NCBI RefSeq assembly: GCF_963921235.1 | Contig: NC_086097.1 | Coordinates: forward strand, 235,230,001 to 235,294,000 | DNA length: 64,000 bases | Direction of reading: 5' to 3' | From: Mobula hypostoma | Lineage: Eukaryota | Part shown: in pieces, positions 26,651 to 37,982 of the stretch | How positions within the stretch are numbered: the stretch's first letter is position 1 | Layout of the letters: every line of letters begins with the position of its first letter | Made by a program: the position numbers and the translations under genes | The notes under the pieces: generated by a model | What the model was told of the DNA's origin: nothing | Databases searched by the model: none | What the model saw: the letters and a program-made list of their open reading frames with translations, nothing else

Positions 26651-26782
26651 TTAATTATGCTATTTAATGTTCCTAATATTACTTAATATTGGGAACATAG
26701 GAACAGGGAGGACACATTCAAGCACATCCAACATTTTAATAAGATCTTGGTTGATCTGTAAATGTTAATATATAGTGATGGG

Positions 26783-26995
26783 CAACTCAGTAGTGTAGCA
26801 GTTTGAGTGATGCTATTACAGCTCGTGGCATTGGAGTTCAGAGTTCATTTCTGGTGTCTTCTGTGAGAAAGCCTGGACATTCTTCCCGTGCAATTGTGAG
26901 TTTCGTCCAGGTGTTCGGGTCTCCTCCCACAGTCCAAAGACACTGGTTAGTAGGATAATTGGTCATTGTAAATTGTCCTTTGATTAGACCAGGCG
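26783..26995 (+). mobile_element. V-SINE
   Basis: GTCCAGGTGTTCGGGTCTCCTCCCACAGTCCAAAGAC V-domain. Confidence 0.75.
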
Positions 26996-27009
26996 ACATG
27001 GCTTTTTGA

Positions 27010-27885
27010 CAGACTACTCAGTAAATCCAAGCCACATAATAGAATCAAAGAAATACCCCACCCAACATGACGGACAAATGACCAATGTGCAAAAGACAAC
27101 AAATGGTGCAAATACAAAAGGAAACAAAAAGCAATAAATATTGAGAACATGAGATGAAGAGTGCTTGAAAGGAAGTCCATTGGTTGTGGGAACAGTTCTG
27201 TGAGTGAAGTAGAGTGAAGCTAAACACATTGGTTCAATAGTCTGATGGTTGAAGGGTAATAACTGTTCCTGTACCCAGTGATGTGGGTCCTGAGGCTCAT
27301 GTGCCCTCGTCCTGATGAGATGAGAGCATGGCTTGGGTAGTGAGGGACCCCAATAGTAGACATTGATTTCCTACAATAGCACTCTGTGTAGATGTGCTCA
27401 AAGGTGGAGAGGGCTTTACCCACAATGGACTAGGCCATATCCTGTACTTTTTGTAAGAGTTTCTATTCAAAGGCATCAGTGTTTCCCTACCAAGCCATGA
27501 TGCAACTCCATCATATACTCTTCACCACACATCGAGAGAAGTTTGTCAAATTTTTTGATGTCATGCTGAATCTTCGCAAATTTCTAAGGCATTAAAGGCA
27601 CTGCCATACTTTCTTTGTACTTTTTGAAATCGAAATTTCAAAAAGTACAAAGGAAGTATGGCAGTGCCTTTAATTGAAATTATGTTCTGGGCCTAGGACA
27701 GCTACTCTGAAATGATAACATCAAGGCATTTAAAGTTGCTGACCCTCTCCACCTCTGATCCCGCAATGTGGTCTGGCTTATGGAGCACCAGTTTCCTTCT
27801 GCTGAAGTCAATAATCCAGCTGAAGTTCCTTGGTCTTGCTGACATTGAGTGAGAGGTTGCTATTGTGGCACCACAGCCAGATTCA
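27010..27885 (-). mobile_element. Rex/Babar LINE fragment containing a foldback duplication
   Basis: EVERVSNFKCLDVIISE and YRNSYYPSTIRLLN motifs. Confidence 0.8.
27591..27674. repeat. Near-perfect inverted repeat (40-bp arms, CGAA loop)
   Basis: Arms 27591-27630 and 27635-27674 are complementary except at one position, which is a G-U pair on the plus strand. Confidence 0.95.
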
Positions 27886-28369
27886 GCCAGCATTGTAGGC
27901 TGAATGGCCTGTTTCTGTGCCGTACTGTTCTATGTTCTTGGTTACATGTTGGCCTCCAGGAAAGTAACCCCATTAATCACACTCCCCTCTTTATGTTCAT
28001 ATGCCTGCAACTTATTCTCTCTCAGTTCTGATTTGTCTACCCTATCAACTCTTAAACTTGAGAATTTCAATCCAATCATTTCTTATTTCACACTTCAAAG
28101 AATCCAAGCCTTGATAATGTAAACATACTTCATCATTTCGAAGTTCGCTATCTGGAGAATAGATAGGAAACTCAGTGTGAAAATCTGTCAGAAAGGCCCA
28201 TCTGCAATTCTGGAACTTTACTTTGTGCTAACGGTCACAAGGAATGAAAATCAATATTTCCTTACAATACATTGCGTGATGCTTTTTATTAATGCCATGT
28301 ATCAGGTAGCATTGTCCAAGGCAACTGGGATGTACCCATCTTTTGATTCCATGATATCTTCCATTTCAG

Positions 28370-28515
28370 AGAGTTGGCGGGGTCTCAGTTTATCCAACAG
28401 TAACTCTGACATTCTTCAGCACTGTGCCAGAGTGCCAGTCCTAATTTTTGTATGTTAACCAGACTTGAACACATAGTTTTATGACTGAGTGAAATAGCTC
28501 TACCAGCTGAGCCAG
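28370..28515 (-). mobile_element. Deu-domain SINE 5' part, degraded
   Basis: CAGCACTGTGCCAGAGTGCCAGTCCTAATTTTTG...CTTGAAC...CTACCAGCTGAGCCA (reverse tRNA-like head plus Deu-like block). Confidence 0.5.
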
Positions 28516-28894
28516 TCCAGACTGGATTGTACGTGCGGCCATCTGAAATGACCGACAGTGATTGACTTTTCAGTGGGGACATGAGAAACTTAAAATGGAG
28601 ATCTTTAAATGATTAAAATTCATATTTTGGTATGGCATCTGTAGGCATTTTGTATTGTTACTCGATAAGACAAGTAATAAGGATAGACCTGAAAATAATC
28701 AAAAGGTTCAATATTCAAAGTACATTTACTGTCAGGTAGCAGCTGTGAAAATTAATAAACAGTTGACACTGAAGGCTAAGACAACTGTTCAACAAGTTTC
28801 ACAGGTTAATTTATTATCAAAACATGTACAACACTGAAATTTGTCTTCTCCAGATAGCCGTGAAACAATCAACATGAAAGTCTTTCAGAGAGAA

Positions 28895-31295
28895 ATAGAA
28901 ACATAGAAACATAGAAAATAGATGCAGGAGTAGGCCATTCGGCCCTTCGAGCCTGCACCGCCATTTATTATGATCATGGCTGATCATCCAACTCAGAACC
29001 CTGCCCTAGCCTTTCCTCCATACCCCCTGATCCCCGTAGCCACAAGGGCCATATCTAACTCCCTCTTAAATATAGCCAATGAACTGGCCTCAACTGTTTC
29101 CTGTGGCAGAGAATTCCACAGATTTACCACTCTCTGTGTGAAGAAGTTTTTCCGAATCTCGGTCCTAAAAGGCTTCCCCTTTATCCTCAAACTGTGACCC
29201 CTCGTTCTGGACTTCCCCAACATCGGGAACAATCTTCCTGCATCTAGCCTGTCCAATCCCTTTAGGATTTTATACGTTTCAATCAGATCCCCCCTCAATC
29301 TTCTAAATTCCAACGAGTACAAGCCCAGTTCATCCAGTCTTTCTTCATATGAAAGTCCTGCCATCCCAGGAATCAATCTGGTGAACCTTCTTTGTACTCC
29401 CTCTATGGCAAGGATGTCTTTCCTCAGATTAGGGGACCAAAACTGCACACAATACTCCAGGTGTGGTCTCACCAAGGCCTTGTACAACTGCAGTAGTACC
29501 TCCCTGCTCCTGTACTCGAATCCTCTCGCTATAAATGCCAGCATATCATTCGCCTTTTTCACCGCCTGCTGTACCTGCATGCCCACTTTCAATGACTGGT
29601 GTATAATGACACCCAGGTCTCGTTGCACCTCCCCTTTTCCAAATCGGCCATCATTCAGATAATAATCTGTTTTCCTATTTTTGCCACCAAAGTGGATAAC
29701 TTCACATTTATCCACATTAAATTGCATCTGCCATGAATTTACCCACTCACCCAACCTACGCAAGTCACTCTGCATCCTCTTAGCATCCTCCTCACAGCTA
29801 ACACTGCCACCCAGCTTCGTGTCATCCGCAAACTTGGAGATGCTGCATTTAATTCCCTCATCCAAGTCATTAATATATATTGTAAACAACTGGGGTCCCA
29901 GCACTGAGCCTTGCGGTACCCCGCTAGTCACTGCCCCCCATTCTGAAAAGGTTCCGTTTATTCCCACTCTTTGCTTCCTGTCTGCCAACCAGTTCTCTAT
30001 CCACATCAATACCATACCCCCAATACCGTGTGCTTTAAGTTTGCACACTAATCTCCTGTGTGGGACCTTGTCAAAAGCCTTTTGAAAATCCAAATATACC
30101 ACATCCACTGGTTCTCCCCTATCCACTCTACTAGTTACATCCTCAAAAAATTCTATGAGATTCGTCACACATGATTTTCCTTTCACAAATCCATGCTGAC
30201 TTTGTCCGATCATTTCACCGCTTTCCAAATGTGCTGTTATCACATCTTTGATAACTGACTCCAGCAGTTTCCCCACCACCGACGTTAAGCTAACCAGTCT
30301 ATAATTCCCTGGTTTCTCTCTCCCTCCTTTTTTAAAAAGTGGGGTTACATTAGCCACCCTCCAATCCTCAGGAACTAGTCCAGAATCTAACGAGTTTTGA
30401 AAAATTATCACTAATGCATCCACTATTTCTTGGGCTACTTCCTTAAGCACTCTAGGATGCAGACCATCTGGCCCTGGGGATTTATCTGCCTTCAATCCCT
30501 TCAATTTACCTAACACCACTTCCCTACTAACAAGTATTTCGCTCAGTTCCTCCATCTCACTGGACCCTCTGTCCCTTACTATTTCTGGAAGATTATTTAT
30601 GTCCTCCTTAGTGAAGACAGAACCAAAGTAATTATTCAATTGGTCTGCCATGTTCTTGCTCCCCATAATCAATTCACCTGTTTCTGTCTGTAGGGGACCT
30701 ACATTTGTCTTTACCAGTCTTTTCCTTTTTACATATCTATAAAAGCTTTTACAGTCAGTTTTTATGTTCCCTGCCAGTTTTCTCTCATAATCTTTTTTCC
30801 CCTTCCTAATTAAGCCCTTTGTCCTCCTCTGCTGAACTCTGAATTTCTCCCAGTCCTCAGGTGAGCCACTTTCTCTGGCTAATTTGTATGCTTCTTCTTT
30901 GGAATTGATACTATCCCTAATTTCTCTTGTCAGCCACGGATGCACTACCTTCCTTGATTTATTCTTTTGCCAAACTGGGATGAACAATTGTTGTAGTTCA
31001 TCCATGCAACCTTTAAATGCTTGCCATTGCATATCCACCGTCAATCCTTTAAGTGTCATTTGCCAGTCTACCTTAGCTAATTCACGTCTCATACCTTCAA
31101 AGTTACCCCTCTTTAAGTTCAGAACCTTTGTTTCTGAATTAACTATGTCACTCTCCATCTTAATGAAGAATTCCACCATATTATGGTCAGTCTTACCCAA
31201 GGGGCCTCTCACGACAAGATTGCTAATTAACCCTTCTTCATTGCTCAAAACCCAGTCCAGAATAGCCTGCTCTCTAGTTGGTTCCTCGACATGTT
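28895..31295 (-). mobile_element. Young 5'-truncated CR1 LINE
   Basis: (TTTCTATG)n tail, CR1 3'UTR and an uninterrupted ORF2 remnant. Confidence 0.97.
28993..31248 (-). CDS. CR1 ORF2 remnant (end of APE endonuclease plus complete RT domain), 5'-truncated
   Basis: 751 aa open: TDHN, KSPGPDGLHP, QHGF, YLDFQKAFDKV, SGVPQGSVLGP, KFADDTKL, RPHLEYC. The frame stays open to ~31293 and there is no true start codon. Confidence 0.9.
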   Translation of the reverse strand: MSNEEGLISNLVVRGPLGKTDHNMVEFFIKMESDIVNSETKVLNLKRGNFEGMRRELAKVDWQMTLKGLTVDMQWQAFKGCMDELQQLFIPVWQKNKSRKVVHPWLTREIRDSINSKEEAYKLARESGSPEDWEKFRVQQRRTKGLIRKGKKDYERKLAGNIKTDCKSFYRYVKRKRLVKTNVGPLQTETGELIMGSKNMADQLNNYFGSVFTKEDINNLPEIVRDRGSSEMEELSEILVSREVVLGKLKGLKADKSPGPDGLHPRVLKEVAQEIVDALVIIFQNSLDSGLVPEDWRVANVTPLFKKGGREKPGNYRLVSLTSVVGKLLESVIKDVITAHLESGEMIGQSQHGFVKGKSCVTNLIEFFEDVTSRVDRGEPVDVVYLDFQKAFDKVPHRRLVCKLKAHGIGGMVLMWIENWLADRKQRVGINGTFSEWGAVTSGVPQGSVLGPQLFTIYINDLDEGIKCSISKFADDTKLGGSVSCEEDAKRMQSDLRRLGEWVNSWQMQFNVDKCEVIHFGGKNRKTDYYLNDGRFGKGEVQRDLGVIIHQSLKVGMQVQQAVKKANDMLAFIARGFEYRSREVLLQLYKALVRPHLEYCVQFWSPNLRKDILAIEGVQRRFTRLIPGMAGLSYEERLDELGLYSLEFRRLRGDLIETYKILKGLDRLDAGRLFPMLGKSRTRGHSLRIKGKPFRTEIRKNFFTQRVVNLWNSLPQETVEASSLAIFKRELDMALVATGIRGYGGKARAGF

Positions 31296-32898
31296 ATAAC
31301 TCCCCACACAAAAAAAAAACAACAGCATCTCAATAATCAACCCCCAAAATCCCCCTCCCCTGCACAAGAAGCAACTGAACCATTGATCCCCAAAAAACAA
31401 CCCCTCCCTCACACAAAAAAAACTAACAGAACATTAACTCCCTAACCCCCTCCCCTTGCACAACAAAATGGAAAAGGATCGGTGAATAAAAAACACAGAA
31501 TCTGAAAACTATAAGTCTGAAAAAGTCCACAGTCTATAAATGCAATAGCCTAATCCATAAATGCAGAACCACAATACCATTCTCCAATATCATTGACATT
31601 CATCGAAAGACAGGGACACCATATAAGGCAGAGATGCCTACCCACATGCCAGAGTGAACCACAGAGTGATAGGATGCTCACAGAATCCATCTCAGCAGCA
31701 ATCTAAAGGAAGGCAGCCGATACTCAACTCTCGCTTGTCTCTCACATTCACCTTGATGTCTCAATTATCTTCAGTGTTTTAACCAGCGAAATAGATCATA
31801 CATGGACTCGCGTCGCGTCTCGGTTATTTTGCATTGAGGCCATCCGTGAATGTACTCAGGACTGATTTCCAGCTGTTGAACAGCAGGTGGAATTGCCATA
31901 TGGCAGCAGACATTAAGTATCTTTACAGACCAGTTCTTAAGTTATGAAAAATGACAATTAAGAAGCATAATGAACAATTATTTCCTTATATTAACATATC
32001 AAATAGCTACCAGTCTATCAAAATGCAAATTATGCATTGTTGCTTTAGAGCTCTGTGGTGAGAGGAAATTGAATCCTGATATTGTGAATTTATATGCAAA
32101 GAAAGAGATAATTTATCACTCAATACAGTTGAAAGAATACTGAGTAAAGATATTGGGAGTCAGCTTTTGCAAGTGTTTATCTAATAAGGTCTAAGTAGAG
32201 AATGACCTTTATAATGAGATGAACAGATGAAGAAAGAGCCCATTTTCCAAAGTGACATTGAGTCATTTTAAGTGCTGGAGGCAACAATAACAGTTTATGT
32301 TGTGCTGGCATGGTTAGTGGTGAGATACGTGTTGATATGAATATAAAAAGCCATTTTTGTTACAGAAAAGCAAGAGTAAAAGAACATGATTGGTGTTGTG
32401 CCAACGAAAAGTCATATGCTATCTTTTAGCAATTCAATTGCACATCTGATCCAGTTTTAAAAAAAAGAATAATTTGGACTGCATTGGAAAATGAATACAG
32501 AATCATGATGTGTGATCAACTCACTCCTATTCAACCTAGTATGGGCAACATGCAAACGTAGTATTATTTCTTCATTAACTTGACTGCAGTATCCACTCAA
32601 TGCTGATGACATGTTGATTAGCACCTCTGCAGGGGAGCTGAATTTTCAAGCTTATTCATGCAGGTTGAAACCAGGCTTCGTTGCCCAATGCCAATCTCTT
32701 AAAGTGGATGTGCTTAATAGCTTTAAACCATTGCGTGTCAGTAATGTAAATTGTCCATGCAAGCATAGAGCAATGTGAGGGAAAGTGGGCTTTAGGCTAC
32801 TCTTGCACTGGTCAGAGAGTCAGAAAGGACAAACGTTGTCCGCAATTGGCAGGTGGACAGAAGGCCACAAATGGAAATATGTGACAGAGGTAAATGTA

Positions 32899-32899
<1 letters not shown>

Positions 32900-32945
<46 letters not shown>
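32900..32945. repeat. (CA)n microsatellite
   Basis: Direct reading. Confidence 0.98.
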
Positions 32946-32948
<3 letters not shown>

Positions 32949-33802
32949 TACCCGGAGAAAGGGGAGACAGATGAAACATAAAGACTGTAATGTCCAGCAT
33001 CGGTCACTCTATGGTGAATCAAAATAAATTACAGTACATCCAGTTAACTGTATAACAATAGGCAATGAGACATGCATTAAATCAAGTTCAATCCTTTTCC
33101 CGTTTATACAGTTACTCATTTAACATTTGGGCCTTTTTTGGGTTTAACTATCATTTTTGTTATTCCATGGAAACATCTCACTTTAATGCTAAATTATCCA
33201 AATAGAACACAAAATGCTTATAATATTTACTTATAATAATTATTATAATACTTATAATAATTAAAAATATAAAGTTATTATATGGTTATATGGTTACTCC
33301 AATAAACTATCATCTTCTGTTATCAGCAATACTATGCTTCCAAACATTTACACTGTCTGCTTATGGCTCTGTCTCTGTGCAGCTTTAATGCTTTGATCAT
33401 ACAAATCACGTGACTGAAACCAGCCTTTTTTCCACAGTTTCAATCAAGCATATAACTCAATGAATTATACAAATCTTTGGAAAAAATACTTAACAATGTT
33501 TTTCTGAGAACATAAATGTACCAACTGTGTAAAATTTGAATTACTTTTTGTATTTCTTTCCCTAGCTGAAAAGAAAAGACAACTGTAACATAAACACTGT
33601 AATGTTCATGCATCGATCACTTTATGGTGAATTGTGTGCTGAAGACTAATTGCAAACCCTTATAAGTCAATGGCAAATTCAGTACTCAATACTATAAAAG
33701 AATACATTGCACATAGATTCTCAGAATTTTCAACTGAACATATTTGCATGTTTTAAAATAATATCCTTTTTTCTCAACATGAAATCATATTCACATTAAA
33801 TA

Positions 33803-33939
33803 TCCTGATGAAGGGTCTCAGCCAGAAACATTGACCGTACTTTTTTTCCCATAGGTGCTACCTGGCCTGCTGAGTTCCTCTAGCATTTTGTGTGTGTTGC
33901 TTGGATTTCCAGCATCAGCAGATTTTCTCTTGTTTGAGG
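33803..33939 (+). mobile_element. 137-bp hammerhead-bearing Penelope-derived module with 13-bp TSD
   Basis: TTCACATTAAATA at 33790-33802 and 33940-33952. Core CTGATGA...GAAA at 33805-33828. Confidence 0.85.
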
Positions 33940-34023
33940 TTCACATTAAATAACTTATTCATTTTTTAAAATAATTGAACAATTCTTTATAACTAAATTG
34001 AACAGATTTCAACCTTGTCTCAT

Positions 34024-34026
<3 letters not shown>

Positions 34027-34071
<45 letters not shown>
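34027..34071. repeat. (CA)n microsatellite
   Basis: Direct reading. Confidence 0.98.
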
Positions 34072-34074
<3 letters not shown>

Positions 34075-34077
34075 TTG

Positions 34078-34691
34078 TGTTAGATCGCCAATCTCCGTTT
34101 ATTTTCTTTCGGGTTCTTCTGGGAGTCAGGAATGATGATCAATATTAGTTCCAAGAGTTCAGTTTATTTTAGAGAACAAAAAAACCATACAAATGTTAAG
34201 TGAACTAAATAAAGATCTGAGAAATGATGCTAAGAGGTGTACAGATGCAGAGACAAAGGAATAAAGAAACCAAAAAGCAATGCTGGCAACTCTGTAAAAT
34301 CTATCACCTTTATAAGGAGACAAACTCCTTAGTTAGGAATGAATTAGTTAATAGGCTACATAATTAAAACGATTGCATCATGTGGCAAATGTGCTACTAC
34401 TTAGCCAATGAAAAATGAGAAAGGTGATAAACTGTTAGTTTAGCTGCTATACTGCTTTCTGCCAGTGAATGTGAAAAAAAACGAGTGTGTTAAAAGTACA
34501 AATTTAATAAAAGGTATTATCAAAACAAAACCTTCTGAAGGGTTTCAGCCCGAACCATCAGCTATACTTTTTTTCCATAGATGCTGCATGGCCTGCTGAG
34601 TTCCTCCAGCATTTTGTGTGTGTTGCTTGGATTTCCAGCATCGGCAGATTTTCTCTTGTTTGTGATTAAAACAAAACAGTGGTTTCCATCA
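34078..34691 (-). mobile_element. Solo LTR, TSD ATTG, containing a Penelope-tail insertion (34532-34667)
   Basis: ATTG|TGTTAG...CCATCA|ATTG. The inner insert is flanked by AAAACAAAAC at 34522-34531 and 34668-34677. Confidence 0.7.
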
Positions 34692-35250
34692 ATTGCCCTG
34701 TCATTCTGATGTTGTTACACTGAGTGTACTCACTTCCATGACTCTATGGTGCTTTTCCCATTATACATATCGGAATGTTCCATTTCTTTAGCAATGAGGA
34801 TGTGTAAATGTGCATATATTGTTTGTATATTGTATTTAAGGTCGATACTTCTGTTTATTTTGTAATATGATTGTAACTACATTGTGGGTTGCATCATATT
34901 CTAATTCATGTAAACTTCATAGATAATTAAAGATGGTATGTCCTAGTGACGATTTAAAGAAGCACTTTGCCCTCAGTAGGGAAGAGAGAGAGATTGGGCT
35001 GCCAGGAGTTAGACCATAAGTTACAGACCAGGAGTTCACATTGAACAAAACATGGAGCTGCTATTGGGTTTTCTGGTAGATATTTTTTTGTCAATATTGG
35101 TAGTTTTCTTTTGACAATTTTCACTAATTTTTGTAAGTTTGATTTTTGATGTACTTAATAAACACCCTTGCGCTAAAGTGCTGTAAGAATTCCTGGTGCC
35201 ATATTTGTACCACTTAGCTTTCCACATTGAAGTTTAAAAGGCAATGATAA

Positions 35251-35900
35251 CGTAAGGGGTTTCTTCTTTTATGTTACTGCATATGTTAATCAAAATGGCT
35301 TCTTTGTTATGTTATAACTAAAATGGTTTCTCTGTGATGTGAACTGCTGAGACAGTGATTCTTTTTCTAGCAGCTAGCAGCTTGTTTGGGTTATCACTAA
35401 TGATAAGGAGAGAATGAACAAATGGGTGTCTATGTTATTCTTTTTTTGGGGTGATAGTCTGTCTCATATGGCTGGGAAACAGTGTTTTTGGCGGGCTTTT
35501 GGAGGAGAGACCGGGAGTAAGACGGACGTGCTGGAAGCGCTCTGGTCGATTGCCTTGGGTGGTCCTGAGCTGCGAGTCGAGGGGATTGGAGTGGATCGCA
35601 GGGTGAAGAGAGAAGACCCCGGGCATTTGAGCTCCAACTGTGTGTGCACGAAGAAATTGAACTTTAATAAGCCTGACACATTTTTCTTTTCCTTTTATAT
35701 TGTATCTCTATTAATCTCATAGTCCCAGTAAGATTTATAAAGTGTAATCTGTAAAGTGTACATTGTGTGCGGTCTGATGTTTGATGTTTGAGGTCAAACC
35801 AGGTGGCATTGCACAGCAACCGACGTAACCAGGAAACACAGTTGGGTGGCAGACGGGGTTTCCCCTAGATAAATATGAGCCGATATAGCTGAGTGTTACA
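35251..35900 (+). mobile_element. Solo LTR (650 bp), TSD ATAA; same family as 54663-55359
   Basis: ATAA|CGTAAGGGGTTTCTTCTTTTATGTT...GTGTTACA|ATAA (terminal TG mutated to CG). Confidence 0.85.
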
Positions 35901-36467
35901 ATAAGATAACAGGTGAGAGTCAAGGTATCTTACAATATATCTGTAAGCAATAATGCAGTCCAGGGAAAGGCTAATTCCTTCACATTTCTGCATGTTCTGA
36001 GGTGACTTAGGAGGGGTTCCTGCTTTTCGATCCCTCTGGGTCAGGTGGAGCTTAAGGGGGTGGGTGCGTGGATTGCTTAGAGCATGCCAAACTGCTTTCA
36101 TAATTTGGGATTGGCCTCCCTGGATGTTTGGTGGAGACATTTGAAGAACTCAATGTCTTCCCAGATCCTTTTCCTCCAAATGCAATCTTAGACAAACGAT
36201 TCCCGTGAACTGGTAAAGTTTTTATGTATCTACATGAAGATTTTGAGATTATTTTTGAAGTATTTCTGTATTGCTGGAAAACATTTGGAGTAGAGTATTT
36301 TTTTTCAGAAGTCTGATATCAGGTAGAAGTTGTATCCTATCCACTAAAGCTAACTGAGAGCGATCAGTCTTGATGTCTGGGAGAAGACAAGGGCATTGGT
36401 TCATGTATCTTATTAATGAATTAAGAAGATGCCTAGGTGGCAGCATTGATGACACTTCTCTACTGCT

Positions 36468-37435
36468 TTGTAATACACATAAAATGCTAGAAGATCTCAA
36501 CAGGTCAGGTGGCATCTATGGAAAGCAATAAAGAGTCGACACTTTGAGGGAAAAAGCCAGAATAAGAAAGTTAGGTTGGAGGCTAACCAGACAAAATATG
36601 AGGTGTTGCTTCTCCAGCCTGAGAGTGGCCTTATCATGGCAGTAGATGAGGCCATGGACTGACATGTCAGAATCGGAATGGGTATTGGATTGAAAATGGA
36701 TGGCCACTGGGAAATCCTGTTTTTAGCAAACGGAACGAAGGTGCTCGACAAAACAATCGCCTAATCTAGTTTGGGTCTTACTGCACCAGGAGCACTGGAT
36801 TCAAGAGACGACCCTGAAAGACTCACAGATGATGAGTTGCCTCACCTGGAAGGACTGTTTTGGAACTCTGAATGGCGCTATAGGAGGAGGTGAATAAGCA
36901 AGTATAGCACTTTTTCTGCTTGCAGGGACAACTATCAAGAAGGACATCAGTGGGGAGAGACAAATGGACAAGGGAATCATGGAGAGAGTTATACCCGTAT
37001 CCCTGCGAAAAGCTGAGAGGTGGGTGGGGGGTAGGTAAAGATGGGTTTGGTGGAAGGATTCCATTGAAGATGGCGGAAGTTGCGGAGAATGATGTGCTGG
37101 ATTTGGAAGTTCATGGAGCGCTGGGTAAGGATAAGCAAGGTTCTATTCCTGTTAAAGTGGCAGGAAGATCTAGTGAGGGCAGATATCAGGGAAATGGAGC
37201 AGATATAGGTAAGGGCTGTATCAATAATAGAGGAAGCGCTTGTTGATGAATCAGGTCATGCCGATGTTTTGGAAAGGAAATCCTCATCCTGGGAACAGAT
37301 GTAGTACAGATGGAGGAACTGAGAAAAGAGAATAGCATTTTTACAAGTGACAGGGTGAGAAGAAGCATAGTCAAAAGAGCTCTGAGAATTGGTAGGTTTA
37401 TAAATCATATAAGTAACAGTCTGTCTCCAGAGATG
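36468..37435 (-). mobile_element. Penelope-like element, degraded (RT C-terminus/GIY-YIG plus tail)
   Basis: AFRRD, SFQVRQ..CES, HF.SNTHSDSDMSVHGL..CHD.ATLRLEKQHLIF, and tail GATGCCACCTGACCTGTTGAG. Confidence 0.8.
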
Positions 37436-37982
37436 TTTGATGATTTTCTAGTGCTTTGGAGTGCTTGCTGGAGCCTGTCCATCATTGTGATATACAAGGA
37501 GCTGTCCTACTTAGGACATGAATGTTTTGCCAGGTCTGAAGTCTTGGCTTTCAACCAACCTTTTCTGCTCTGCTGCTTGTCTGCAGACTGGTACCTGACT
37601 CTCTGCGTCATTCTTGTTCAAAATTAATACACACAGATTTGTGGGTTAGCTGTATAGACCGAAATAGAACCAGTCGGTTGACAGGAAACAATAAGTAGTA
37701 ATAATTGGAACTTTTCTAAATGGCAGGCTGTAATTAGTATGGCACTGCAGGGATCAGTGCTGGGACCTCAGATATTCACAATATTTAGATATGAGTGATT
37801 CAGTTGAGGGAATTATTTTCAATGCCTCCAAATTTGCAGATAGCATAATATTGAATTGTATCTTAAGCTTTGAGCGGGATGCAGAGATGTTCCAATGTGA
37901 TTTGAATGGGTGGAGGGAGTGGCAAAGACAGAATGGCAGAAGTATATGAGAGATTATCCATTGTAAGACCATAAGACATATG

